A stretch of 62,892 bases of DNA, filler included, from Psammoneis japonica (taxonomy: Eukaryota): NCBI GenBank assembly GCA_008632985.1. It is 3 parts of 3 records of this genome, joined end to end, with 100 filler letters (N's around TTAATTAATTAA, not from the genome) between each part and the next. Parts side by side here need not be neighbours in the genome. Positions count along the whole stretch, not along the records: positions 48,275 to 62,892 come from QPGO01000463.1; 2 more parts are not named here. The stretch is one strand, 5' to 3'. This document shows positions 48,275-60,500 of this stretch, one piece after another (position 1 is the first letter of the stretch; every line of letters begins with the position of its first letter). The notes beneath the pieces were generated by a model. The model did no database searches. It was given only the letters and a program-made list of their open reading frames with translations, and was not told where the DNA came from. Position numbers and translations under genes: made by a program.

Positions 48275-49906
48275 GGCAGTCTCCCTCTCGGCCGATGGAG
48301 CAGGAGTGAACGAGACGGTCGTAGTCACTGGAGTCGAACTCAAAGAGTCGTCCACAGGTGCACACCACATGCCGCAATAAACCAGCTCGTTAGGGTCAGA
48401 GGGTTCGTCTGTAGGCGGAGACGTCGTCTGCTCGGGAGGACCAAAAGGAATGCCCGAAGAGGGGTCCGACACAGCAGATAAATTTGCCGCAGCGGTGGTT
48501 TCGGTGTTGACAGACGGTTTCCCGGTGTGTTGAGCGGAGGAGTGGCCTTGACACATGCCCTTCTTGCCCGTTTCCTTGTTCACACACTTGTCGCACCAGT
48601 GCCAGGTCGTGCCTTTCTCGTCGGTGACAGTGGCACCTTTGTGAACGAAACGCCAGGCCGGCTTGGGTGGTTTCTTGGAAGGGTCAGTCTTCCGGACATC
48701 CGGAGGGTCATCCTTGGACTTGTCCGCCGTGCCCTTTTTGTCCTTCTTGCATTGCTCCTTGCAGGTGGGACACGTGCGTTTGGTGTGCCCAACCTTGCCA
48801 CAGCCGCAGCAATGCTTTTCCGAGTTGTCCTTGGCGAGGTTGGATTCCGGGAGCTTGGCTGCTAAGGCAGGCCAATCTTCATCGCTAATGAGTTCGCCAT
48901 GGGTCTTGGTGATCCAGCCAATGAGGCCAACAGGTCCAAGATCCGCACAGTCGGCATCCTTGGGGACTTCTGCCGGGTCACGCAAGCGACATTTGCGCTC
49001 CAAGCGCTTGACGGAGTCGAGCTTGGCAAAAACTTGACGATTGAAAAACTCGGAGGATGTCTTTGACACCTTAGATAAAACAGCAGACCCAGTTTCAACT
49101 GGCAACGCACAGTCCGTCTGCATGATCTTGAGCAGGCGCAGAGCTTCGGTTGCAAGCTCGGTGCAGTCTTCGCCAGGGCAGTTGTCCAGAGTTAAGTCGT
49201 TCAACTTTTCCTTGGCGGCCTTGACGTCAACCAGAGCACTGGCGTTGCAGGTGTCCAGAGCCATCATAAATGAGACAGACCCCGGAAGATCCTTGCAGTT
49301 CTTCAAGTGATTAAACTTGGTTTCAATCTTTTCACGGAAGGTTTCGGTGATGCGCGACTTGACGATGAGTTGTGACAAGCCGATGTCATCGATTTCATGC
49401 TGATCGTAGCCTTCGTCACCTGCAGCCGCCACACGGGTCTCACATTCCTTCTCAAGGTCTTTGACAGTGAAGGCGTGAAGATGATCAAAAAGGTGCACGA
49501 CCTTGCCGTCGACTTTCTTGAGATGGTAGAAAGTTTCTTGTCCGTGCGACTCGATTGAGTCCTGAATGGTCTTGACGAAGTGGTCTTTGTCCAGTTCAGC
49601 ACTGGAACCGTTGGACAACTCAATCTGGCCGTTGAACTTGGATGTGGTTGCCGAAGCGAGTTGATCTCTGAGAGATCGCTCGACAGAGTCGACAGCTTTC
49701 GGATGGCGACGTTGCGAGGCAAAACGGCAGGTGCGGGTGTCGGTCTGCTCGCACTTGTTGTTCAGAGCCGAACCACCCAGATGCACTCCATGAGAGTGGT
49801 GGATGCCGCCGCGAAGCGGCGTGGGGATCGTAGGAGGGTTGGTCGAGGTTTGCATCTTGGCGAAGGCCTCAGCAAACATCTTGACGGTGTCAGGATCCAT
49901 GGACAT
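48275..49906 (-). mobile_element. Ty1/Copia-type (diatom CoDi-like) gag ORF, truncated by gap
   Basis: CCHC knuckle CCGCGKVGHTKRTC; second motif WHWCDKC...HSSAQH; upstream LTR/PBS-like region. pol is not visible, so the superfamily is inferred. Confidence 0.75.
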
Positions 49907-50071
49907 GGTTGTGGATGATTCGACACAGAGGATCGATTAGCAGGTGGGGATTGCGACATAGATGATCGCCGTTGGATTGCGACATAGAAGATCGCCGTTG
50001 GATGGGATGTCGTCTGTAACGAGACGAACGAGTGGCAGCAACTCCGTTGCGAGTTGATGCCGGTGCGTGGA

Positions 50072-50241
50072 TTGGGGTCGTAACCACTTGGGATACAACA
50101 ATGCACTGTGTAGGATGGAGAGTTCAGGACTCTCTTGAGGTTGTACAATACAACAGAGGATGACAAGAAGTGGTTTTGGGACAATGAGATGCGCCAAAGA
50201 TGCGAATTGTGAGAAGATCTCACGAGGGATTGGAGATGACA
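50072..50241 (-). mobile_element. Putative 5' LTR (50241-50089, TG...CA) and PBS (GGTTACGACCCCAA)
   Basis: Minus strand TGTCATCTCC...TATCCCA, then AGT GGTTACGACCCCAA, resembling copia-type GGTTATGGGCCC primer sites; the second LTR is lost in the gap. Confidence 0.45.
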
Positions 50242-50412
50242 TTATGACCTAACGGTCGTGTGTGTCACTCCGATTACTATCGCTAGAAGACTCAACGGAC
50301 ATTTCTTCCGGAAGAAGAGATCCATGACCGGAGCGTCATCCGTGAATCAGACTCGGTTGTTGACTCGTGACTCGAAAGTGAGGAGGCTCAGAAAAAGGAA
50401 GCCGAGGACCGT

Positions 50413-52051
50413 TTGAAAAAGATACCCAAGAAGAAGCTGGCGTCGCAGACAGCCTATTCCTATTTTGCCGCCCCCCTGTTGGATGAGAATGGAAATAAGG
50501 TTGATTATTTTCCCGCCACCTTCAAGTGTGGCCATGCTGTGGACCCTGAAACGAAGCAAGTCTACTTTGCACACGGTGGAGTGCGCAAGTGGACCTTGGC
50601 CAATGACAGCCCCATCGACCAAGAGCGAGCCAAGCTTCACATCTTCAAGGCTGTTGTTTCTGCGGAAAATAAGGAGCTCCTTAGCACTTTGAAAGAGTTC
50701 CATGCAAAGAAGTCCAAGAACAAGGGCAAGCTTTCCCCCACAGCCGAGACGGCTTTGTCAAAGTTCTTTTACTCTGTGATTTCGAAACAATTTGGTATGT
50801 AAACTTTTGTGACACAAGTGTCATCCTTTTTTGTATGCTGAGACATTTGCCACATTACTGACACGTTTGCCATTGTTTGGTGCAGATGTCGGAAAGAAGA
50901 TGACGCACACTTGGAACCTGAACAAACTGCTGGACGCTCTGATGGCGTACTCCAATGTTTTTGGCAAAGGCACCGGCCGGCCTAATCTTTCCACCCATGC
51001 CGCCTGTTTGGACCGGCACGAAGAGATGATTAGAATGATGTTGAACACTACGACAGGACATCAGGCGAGTCTTGATGAGCAGGCAATGCTCTTGCAGGCC
51101 CTTGACGATCGTGCCGATGCACAGGATAAAAAAATCGCTGAGATTCTGAGTCGTCTTGATTTGGATTTCTTGGAGTCAACGGTCGACGAGCTTGGGGCTC
51201 GTTTGAAAATCCTCGAGAGCAAGCGGGACACTCCCGTCACAGTGGAGGGCAAGAAGGATGTTGACAAGGAAGCTCCCGCCGCAGTGGAACCGGATCCGGA
51301 CCCGACTGCCAATGAACTTGGTGCGTTGTTGGATGCAGGCATCCCAGACGACGAGTATCGCCAGTATTTGCAACACTCAGCAGCAGCTGCTGCTGATGAA
51401 ACACTTCTTGTTGCCCCATTTGTATGCGCGAAAGACCTTGCCACCTTGAAAGCCGGAGAATATCTCAACGACATCATCATTGCTGATTTTTTCCGTCTGC
51501 TGTCCATGCGTGCAAAAAAGCACGGTGCCGAGGTTCCCAAGAAATGCCACTTCGTCAACTCATACTTTTTGCCAAAGCTTGTAGAGGACGGGTCCGTCAA
51601 GAACATCAAAGTGCGTCGTCAACTGAAGAAACTGCCGGGCAAGGGGGTGTTTGAATATGACCGCCTGTTGGTCCCAATCAACAAAAGCAATGTCCACTGG
51701 GCTCTGTTGGTTGTTGATTTCGAAGCTCACGTAGTCGCAGGGTACGATTCGTGCGGATGTCCATGCAAGTCGTACGCCAAGAAGTTGTTGGAGTTCCTCG
51801 AGCAGGAACATCGTCTCCAGCACAATGACGAGAAACTCCCGTCCGACTGGTCTATTGTAGAGAGTCGTGACATCCCCAAGCAGCACAATGGATTTGATTG
51901 CGGTGTATTCGTCTGCATGTATGCCTACTTTTTGTCGTTGGGGTATGATGTCCGCGAAGGACACTTTGACCAGGACAAGATTCTAGGTGCGTCCGGGAAC
52001 TTTGGCCGTGCCAAGATTTGTTCCACCATCCTTCAGGGGCAGGTGGAATAG
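50413..52051 (+). CDS. Ulp1/SENP-like C48 cysteine protease; intron 50795-50885; 5' end uncertain
   Basis: EYLNDIII, VNSYF, LLVPINKSNVHWAL, GYDS and PKQHNGFDCGVFVC (His-Asp-Cys triad plus Gln); the phase-1 GT-AG intron joins ORFs 50413 and 50831 in frame. Confidence 0.88.
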
Positions 52052-53928
52052 AAGGGTTGTTTCCACCATAATGCTGTACTTAGCACCTTTAGAAATCCAG
52101 CACTTTGTGCCGTTTAGTCGTGGTGCCAAACCCACCTGCTCTCTCTAGCTACCGTAGCTACCGTGCTCGTACTCCTAAGGGTAGAGCTACTTCTGCAGCC
52201 CCGGGCACCCAGCAACACTACACTGGAGCCAGAAGACTTGCTTGCTACTCCCTACCCTACTGCTAACACTATCAAGAGAGTACAGCTCTCTCTAGAGACA
52301 GTAAAGAGAGTGTAAGAGATTTGATAACGTTTACCTACACTCCTTGCTCGTCAGGCGGATGCACACCTCTCCTCTCTAGACCTTCTACAAAATGCATCCA
52401 ATGACTCTAGCTTCGGAAGTCGGAAGAGCGAAGGGAGGATCTTTACTCTCTGGCGGAGAAGGTTTAGATAGGCCAGCATCGTGCACCTTTATTACAACAA
52501 ACAATGAGGCATCATCTGAACGACATACGGACACATTCTCTTGGGAAGAGTGCCGCATCCTTGGCAGTAAATGAAGCAGCCCCCAAAAATGCTAGGCCTA
52601 GTCTCTCGGCGATCTCGAGTCTCTCCCTCCCACTTCATTCTTATTGGCTTGTTGCAGATCACTTCACAACTTTTCCTAGCTAGAGAAATATGTAAACAGA
52701 CTTTTCCTTGGCAGTGCGGCTTCATGTCGCCTGTGCACTTTAGAAGATAGTCTCCGAAGAAGCCTCTCGACGCGAAGCATTGTCAAGGCAAGGAAGTCAG
52801 GTCTTGCGGGACTTGGCGACGAAAAATCCCATGGGGTCTGCCGCCTCGTCACTACTTGGACTCAAACCTCCGCACCATCGCTCTTTCAACGCCGTTGAGT
52901 CCTGCCCTTTGGAGTCCGGCCCTTTGGAGTCCGGGTAGGCACACGCCAGACTCGATTAAGAAAAGATTCGTAAAAAGATATTCATCCAAAATATGCCGTA
53001 CCATTTCTTCGTTCTCCAAAGTGTTTTTTGTGCATATGCTGTAGGTTAGAGTCACTCCCTGCTTTCGCAATGAGACAGCTTCCCTCACAAAACGCGTTTG
53101 GTAGTTTGAATGCGTTTCTATACTTTTCCATCTGAATTGTTCTATCTTCAGTTTCGTTCGTAGCCCCAATGCGCTACAAGGTGGATCAAGAAGTATCCGA
53201 TCAAAGAAATTAAGGATAGAAGAATTCTACTACCGAAAGCCCATCCTCGCCCTGGCGTGCTTACAGTCGATAGTACCTGCATTCACAATACAGAAGACAT
53301 AATAATGAGACTTTCCTCTCGAAATCAAATGAATTGACGTAGAGCGCACAATTACCTCTGACACACTCTTCCTAGAGTCACTACTCTCCCGTAGCACGCA
53401 TAAAGTGGTGTCAAGCACAAGAGGAATTATGCAGGACGCCGTCATTCTCTGGAACAACGCTTCTGCTGTCACCATCTTTCCATCACTCTTGTCGCATGCT
53501 ACAACTGTTGCCATAACAAGGCTAGCGATGTGGTTTGTTTCCCTCCGGGCACAGAGTGCATGCCCAGTACAAACTCTCCTTGTGGGGTGCCGTCGGCAAC
53601 CAAGACTGAAGGAAGGTTCTGAAGAATCATCTTGTCAGGCAGAACACGAAGTGACAGCAGCGGTGGACCAGCACGGTCCTCCCGTCTGCTGGACATTCTG
53701 ACGGCAACACCTTTTGATAACTTGAACATATCAGCACGCGCTCAGGACATCGTACCAATACCAAGAAAAACACACGCCCCAATGTGTTGATCAGCGTAGA
53801 AAAAAGGTATATTCTAGACCCTGTTCTCTTCAAAAAGTAGGATCATCGGACGAAGTAGCCTTCCTGTGTTTTTCACTGTCGACGGCGACGAATCTCGATA
53901 CGGTCCAAGGCAGCAACATTCGTCAACT

Positions 53929-54650
53929 TCACCTCTTTTGAGTTTCGCGTCTCTCGTTGAGCCACTTTGAATGGTCCAAAACAAGGTTGCCACCCCGCAT
54001 GGTGGGCAAAGCGTCGTTACTGATGCCATACGTTGCAAGTGTTTCGATGACTTTCTCGTTCGTTCCTTTGTGTACATAAAGACTCTTCCTTAACTTTGGG
54101 CCGAGAAACAGTTTCGTCGTCTTCACATAACAACACAAAAACGCCTCTACAATAATATGCCATCGACTTGGTGGCCAACCGGTCCCACTGAGATAAGTTG
54201 TGCACAGTATTGAAAAGTCCCACCACCCCACACTTCTGCGAGTCCTCGTCTTCAAGTGCCGCATGGACCATGTACCAGAAGGCTCTCGCCAAGCTTCTTC
54301 GCTCGTACTTGCCGTTGTCGCCGGTTGTGAACTCTCCAAAGAGAATCGCTCTGCCGTCCCTGTCCTTGTGGCCCGTCAGACGATCAAGAGCTCGACCTTC
54401 GGCAAGTGCAACATGGTCATTCTTTAGTGCCCCATCGAGTGTAAGTGGTAGAAAGGCTTTCTCTTTTCCAAACAATTCAATGCGCCTGTCCCAGTACAGG
54501 ACGAAAACGAGCGACCGCCGCCTCGACATTGAATACGTACTTCGCATCGAAGAAACGCAAGTTTTAGCCGGGATGCGGTTAATTCTTTTTCAAACTCTTT
54601 CTGTTTTCCTTCGACTAGGTCAGGAGTCTCCTCTGGTGTCGGTGTGATGA
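53929..54650 (-). CDS. CRAL-TRIO-like protein, frameshifted (possible pseudogene)
   Basis: YWDRRIELFGKEKAFLPLTLDGAL, KDRDGRAILF, RAFWYMVHAALEDEDSQKCGVV and LATYGISNDALPTMRGG resemble the SEC14/CRAL-TRIO fold. Confidence 0.65.
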
Positions 54651-55596
54651 ATTCCAGCGATGCTCCTTTTCACTTTGTCATCGGCTGGAGTTTTCTGTAC
54701 GGTACATACAGTACGGGTACGTCCCTGTTCAAAAAAATTTCAAATTCCTCGAGATCCTTCGACTACGAAGTATCGCTTGTGCCCTGTATAAGATCTTGTC
54801 ATCCAACGATCAGTTTCAGCAGGAGTCTCACCATACTGAAGACAATGATTGAAATATCTTCGACATGTCGAAGGATCGTGGGTGTCCCGAGGAAGATAGA
54901 GATCGCTTGCTTGCTTACACAGGTTGGAGAGCTGGGTTTTCGCGCCAGTTCCGACTTTGACAATGTCTGAACGCAATCCGATTAGAATAAACGAATAGCC
55001 TGTTGAAAACCACGGCGATTGTAACGCCGAACCGTTGGGTCAATCTGATAGTGTTTCTTTGCTGATTTCCCTAAGCCATAGTCCGTTCTGATTACTCTTT
55101 CACTGAGTAGATGATTTCCGCGACAAAATATGCCCTCGGTAGGTTGCTGAATATTATTTGCAGCCCATTGTTTTCAACAATATCAAGTACACGGCGTTAT
55201 TCGAGACACAAAAGGCGATTGTTAGACAGCGGGTAACGTTTGGGGAAAGAGGTATTTGGTACAAACAAACAACCTTTCTCGATTTCACAGGAACAAAACA
55301 ACGTTTTGCGCGTCAATTTTCGCCAATTCTCGTTAGTAGTACGAACGTTATTCGCTCTTTCGCGTTATAGCCTTATCAAGCCTGTATGTCTCTAGGCGTG
55401 GCTTGGTGGATGAAAAAAGAGACGCAGACTGTTGCATAGCGACGATGTTGTTCTGAAAAAAAAAAAAAAAAAAANNNNNNNNNNNNNNNNNNNNNNNNNN
55501 NNNNNNNNNNNNNNNNNNNNNNNNNNNNNNNNNNNNNNNNNNNNNNNNNNNNNNNNNNNNNNNNNNNNNNNNNNNNNNNNNNNNNNNNNNNNNNNN

Positions 55597-55622
55597 TGTG
55601 TGTGTGTGTGTGTGTGTGTGTG
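55597..55622. repeat. (TG)n microsatellite at gap edge; poly-A (55456-55474) at the other edge
   Basis: Read directly from the sequence. Confidence 0.95.
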
Positions 55623-55808
55623 CAACTTGGCACTTTTTCGTGGAACACCATGAACCAGAAATAGAGATACCGTACGTATTGCCAATGGCCATACCCGTTG
55701 CCACCGCGCCTCTCCACGACTCTTATATTCGTCAGCTTCCTATCGACATCACCAACGCCATCACTCTCGTTCTACTAGAATTTTCATCCGTGATCATCCT
55801 CTGTCACC

Positions 55809-57532
55809 ATGCTCCAACGCGACGCCACGTTCAGGTCTGATCGATACAATCTCTTGGTCGAGTTTGCCCACAAGCATCTCGATTTTCAGAGGGCCGAGTT
55901 GGAATCGGTTCTCGAGATGCACGAGCTGAATAAGGCCTGCACGGTGCTTCCTCTTCCCAACGAAGTGTTCGTTGAACGGTCGGAACATGCGGCTACGTCA
56001 GTCAGCGATGCAGAAACCAATTCACAGAGTCCCCACAGACCATTTCTTATTCTGTCGTTTCCTAGCGATGCAATATCAAGACTCTTTCTGCTCGACGACC
56101 TAATCTCGGAAGGCGAAACAGCGGACGCGCAGCAACACGAGAGAAGAACTTCTTCTTCCCATGTTGCTTCTCTTCCCAATATATTCGATGTTCTCTCTCG
56201 ATGCACGTTAATCCGAAGTGTTGTAGAGCTGTGGGGCGTGGGAACAACAATTGATTCATGCGCCTCGGCCACGTCTGAGTGCGTAACCAATTGTACCATT
56301 GGACGGGAATTATTTGAGCGGTTCAAAGAATCGCATCCATGGAAGATTACAATTCACACACTGGGATCTACATTTACTCGTGAAGAGCAGCAACATATGC
56401 GTGGCAAGTTTTCGAATCTCGGCTTCAAAGGAAATGTACGAATGAAGGAATCAAACGAGCTCATTCTCATAAGAGAGATTGAATTGAACAACATGGGAGC
56501 TCCAAAGTATCCTCGCCGTGGCCTCAACAAGGTCTTAATAACAGAAAACGATGCACGACCTCCGTTGGGTGTCTATTTTGGAAGAGTCCTGGGTGGTGTT
56601 AGAAGTCTCAAAGGACGGGGAAATATAGACCAGTACAGCTTGAAGAAACGCGCATATCTGGGTCCGACCAGCATGGACGCTGAATTGAGCTTGATCATGA
56701 CCAATCTGGGACAAGTGCGCAAGGGATCCTTTTGCTTTGATCCCTTTGTTGGAACCGGGTCAATCTTGTTGACCTGTGCATTGAAAGGAGGCTTCTGTTT
56801 CGGCACTGATATTGACATTCGTGTGCTGCGTGGTCGCGGGGAAAATCAAAATATTGTGAGCAACTTCCAACAGTTCAACTTGCTGCCCCCGGAAATTGTC
56901 CGAAGCGACAACGCAATCTATCATCGTCACTATCGCACAGATGTCCCTCTCTACGATGCAATTGTTTGTGATCCGCCATACGGTGTTCGCGCCGGGGCAA
57001 GAAAGTCGGGATCCAAACGCGAAAACCCGCGACCTGTACTGGAAGAAAATCGGCACGACCACATTGCACAGACGAAACCTTACGTGGTATCCGATGTCAT
57101 GTCAGATCTTTTGGACGTGACGGCGCGAACTCTTGTAATTGGAGGAAGATTAGTGTACATAATCCCATCCATGTCTGACTTTGACGAAGCGACAGATCTT
57201 CCTCAGCACGAATGCCTTGATTTGGTGCATGTTTGCTACCAGCCACTGTCACTGGAACTTGGTCGAAGAATGGTCACAATGAAAAGATAAAGGAATATGA
57301 TGCAACAAAGCATGAGCAGTATCTTTCAACTTGTTGGGTAAATGGGCCGGAAAGTGCAGAAAAGTGTGCCAATATTCGCGATAAGCTCGCAGAGTTGGCC
57401 AAGCAGAAACCCGGCTACGAACAGAAGGCCCTGGCGAGGAAGCAGAAGAGAAAGGCGAATAGAGAGCGAAGAGGGCAGCAAGGCTGCGGGCAACCGAAGG
57501 CTCTTCGACCGCTGCGTCTTCGTGAATCGTAG
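55809..57532 (+). CDS. TRMT11: tRNA (guanine-10-N2)-methyltransferase; frameshift near 57283
   Basis: HLDFQRAELES, YSLKKRAYLGPTSMDAELS, FDPFVGTGS, GTDID, YDAIVCDPPYGVR and GGRLVY. Confidence 0.93.
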
Positions 57533-57591
57533 ATTGCAACACTTGCGCCGCGACTCACACCAAAACAATTATGCCGATGCTACTTCGTGAT

Positions 57592-60500
57592 TTAACCACT
57601 ACCTTTCACAGTCAGTCTAATCTTCCTTACTGCTGAACCACCGTCCATATTCATGGCACGTCTTTGCTGCGCGGCAGATGCGATCCAACCGCCTTGTTTA
57701 AATGCAGCATTCCGTTGTACCGGAGGAAGTGGGTAGCCGACATCAGTCTCCTTCGCTACGGATGTTCCTCTCTTCTCAGCCTTGTACTGCCTCCACGCCG
57801 ACATTGCCATCTCTCCCCGCCAGAGTTGTCGATCAATTTCTGTCGTCACTGCTTTGTTGAGCTCGTTAAGCGACGCTTCTTCCACCTGTGCTGCTGCCTT
57901 TTCCATGTCAGTAGTCTTCAAGACATGTTCGCACCCAAGATTCTCCCGTGAAGTGCCCTCTAATGAAATCCACGACTGGACTCGAAGAACCGCAAAGCAT
58001 CCTTTGGGCCAGATCCACTGCCAAAGAGACAAGAGAGTGCAGCGCAAAGTGCTATCAAATGAGCATATGCCATTCAGTTCTTCAAGCATAGAATCCCGGC
58101 GATTCGCGTGGACTGTCACCGTTGATGGTCCTCCAGAGCAACGTCGCGAATTTCGCTACGCGAACGACGATCTGATCTCGTCCGTCAGCATCATGAGAAT
58201 GCCCGGCCCGCGTAATCAGGCGGAGCCCACGTCTTGCTCCATCATTAACGGCATTAGCGGCTGGATGGGACGTTTCCGATACCGTTGTTATCAAGGCACT
58301 CCCGTTGTCACCTCCGTGACTCACTCCCAATGGACCTGCCATGAACCGAGCACCTGAAGCGCACAAGTCGGAGCGCCCCCCAATAGTTCCAGTTCTCTGC
58401 ATTGAACAGACTTTTCCAGTGCAGGAGTCTACCATAAGAAGCGCCAAAGTCTGCCTCAATCCAGGAGAATTGCGGTTATCTGGGGGGGAGAAGAATGAGA
58501 TGAAAACTTATACGATTGAAAGAACATTGCATCACACGTCGACGTACCCAATATTCTCTCGAGCAAAAATTCCAGGGCAGAAAGAAGTCCCAGAGGTTCC
58601 TTTGACACGTCTTCGAGCCTATCCGCTGCACAACATATGCAAGCTACGGCCTGAGCGCAAGCTACCGGTACCAACAAGTTCCACAACGTTTGTCGTGAGA
58701 ATCGGAACGTCCAGGGGAAAAAGAAAGACGCGAAATGCTCGCACGAAGTTACTGATACTTTTTGCTTTTTGTCACTCACCAGCTCTCGTGATATCTGATC
58801 TTCGTGGCTCTTCATCGAATATCTTCATGTAAAACTGCGATGTCGCCTGAAAAATAGGAATAAGGTCAAAAAGGACGCGTCAATTAGAAGGTTTCGTGTA
58901 AAAAATTCCGGCCAGTCTTACGGAAACTCACTTCATCGATCAAACTGCTTGTATCCGAGTCTGTTGATTTACGTTTGGATCCACCCGGAGCGGGGGGGTC
59001 GTTGCCTTTACTCGAGGTAGCGGCGGACGTGGCGGGTTCGTCTGGAGGATCCATCGTACTCTGTCGGAGAATGGCCATGGAAGACAATGATGTAATAGCG
59101 CTCGCCGCGATAGGGGCATAACAGCCACCGCCGATCCCCGTCACAGTCTCAAGTTCCTCTTCTATCCTAATTGATTCGCGGAACAACTCCCATTCTAGCC
59201 ACTTCCGCGTGACCTTCATGAGCGGGAGCACAGGATGATTGGCTGACGACTGCACTGACTTTCCTGTCGCAGGGTCGACATACACTGAAGGACGAACATT
59301 GACATTGCACAATGCAAGCAATGCGTCAGCTACAAGCAAACTGGGGACATATGTCATCCCGGAAACGTCCTCAGTGCTTTCAGAGTCACTGTTGTTATTC
59401 TCGTTGAATTCTTCGTCGTTCACTGGGACGGCACGCCGCTTTGTACGATTTATCCCGTCTTCATCGGGTGAAAGCACATTCCCGGCAGTAGATATATTTT
59501 CCGAAAGGAGCACTGACTCGAGAAATCGCAAAACAGAGGGAGGAGTCATGCCATCTTTTGCTCTAACTGACGAAATTGCAGTCAATACAGCGGATCGAAC
59601 TCGGTACTCTTCGTCCTCCTCAACTTCAATCGCCTCAGCTGATTCTAACGCAGCGGCTCTTTCAGTCTCGTCAACTATTGCATCCACGTACTGGTACGCA
59701 TCGTCGTCGCTCGACGGGTTGTTTCCGGTACCTTCAGCTTGGTGTCCACTTTGAATCCTTTCTTCTTCACTTTTCTTCAGCACAACACGAGAAAATTTCA
59801 CAGGAACCGAAACCCGATCGCTGAAAAATCGCTCGTTGAAGTACTGCATGAGAAGGTTAAGACCGATCCACGAGTCTGCCGTAACGGCACCCGCGGACAT
59901 CGGCGCTTTGTTGTTTTGCCATTGGGCTATCGCCAGGGCGGCTTGAGCGCGTACTGCTGGAGTGTGCGGTAGCGAGCTATGGAGAGCTGGCGCACCCCGA
60001 AGACAGTCGCCCAAAATGAGAACCGGCAATTTGTTGACATCCACATCATAAACTGCAGACACTTTAAGAGGAGTTTGAACGCGAAGAGGGCGTTCCGCGA
60101 GAGCGCGAATGGCATCAACCTGAGCGCCAGCGTCTCCGTCATGAAAGAGCTGTTCCGAAAGACAAGAGTCCGGCTGAAAAATAGAAATCCTTCCTCCGTA
60201 CAGCCCTTCCAGAAAAGATTGAAAGCATACAACGATGAGTGAGAGTGTAACTTCGGGAGTGAAGAAGCATAGTCTTGGTGCTACAACGTACCTTGTGGAT
60301 CAGCGCGCACCCAAAGCAGAGGAGTGCGATTTGTGAGGCGCATCAGTTCAATCGCCTGATAGCCTCCGCCATGAAGTATATCCCGGTTGAAGCCTCTACT
60401 AACACCGGCTAATCTGCCATCGGCGCGGCTCGCGTCAGCCTTCGCTTGACCACTCCCCCCTTCAATAGTGCCACTCGCCGCCGTCTGCTGTCTTGCTGTA

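Larger units (their letters stand above)
32050..50000. other. TpA-depleted domain 4, with TA-normal young MITE islands
   Basis: Same signature; TA returns abruptly inside 43053-43442 and 44559-44954, and partly at about 34720-35150 and 47360-47750. Spans an assembly linker at about 48220, so it may be two contigs. Confidence 0.85.

Noticed and set aside
330..50000. Alternative genetic code or RNA editing as the explanation for Tyr->Cys/His
   Set aside because: Neighbouring genes use Tyr codons normally, and the same TA loss affects non-coding MITEs at the DNA level.
330..50000. Classical RIP or CpG deamination alone
   Set aside because: RIP creates TpA rather than removing it; CpG decay explains only the CG loss and cannot turn TAC (Tyr) into TGC or CAC.
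52392..53830. Short ORFs between the Ulp1 and CRAL-TRIO-like genes
   Set aside because: No motif I can recognise; could be a fragmented gene but cannot be supported.
9585..57290. Frameshifts in sulfatase 1, the 22058 gene, the CcmI-like gene, WDR76, ZIP and TRMT11 (also TAF2) as programmed frameshifting or mass pseudogenisation
   Set aside because: Single-base indels, often in homopolymers, in otherwise conserved and probably essential genes; best explained as consensus sequencing errors. A read pile-up would settle it.
57500..57620. Near-abutting 3' ends of TRMT11 and TAF2
   Set aside because: Tail-to-tail packing is ordinary in compact genomes, and the exact stops are uncertain because of frameshifts.
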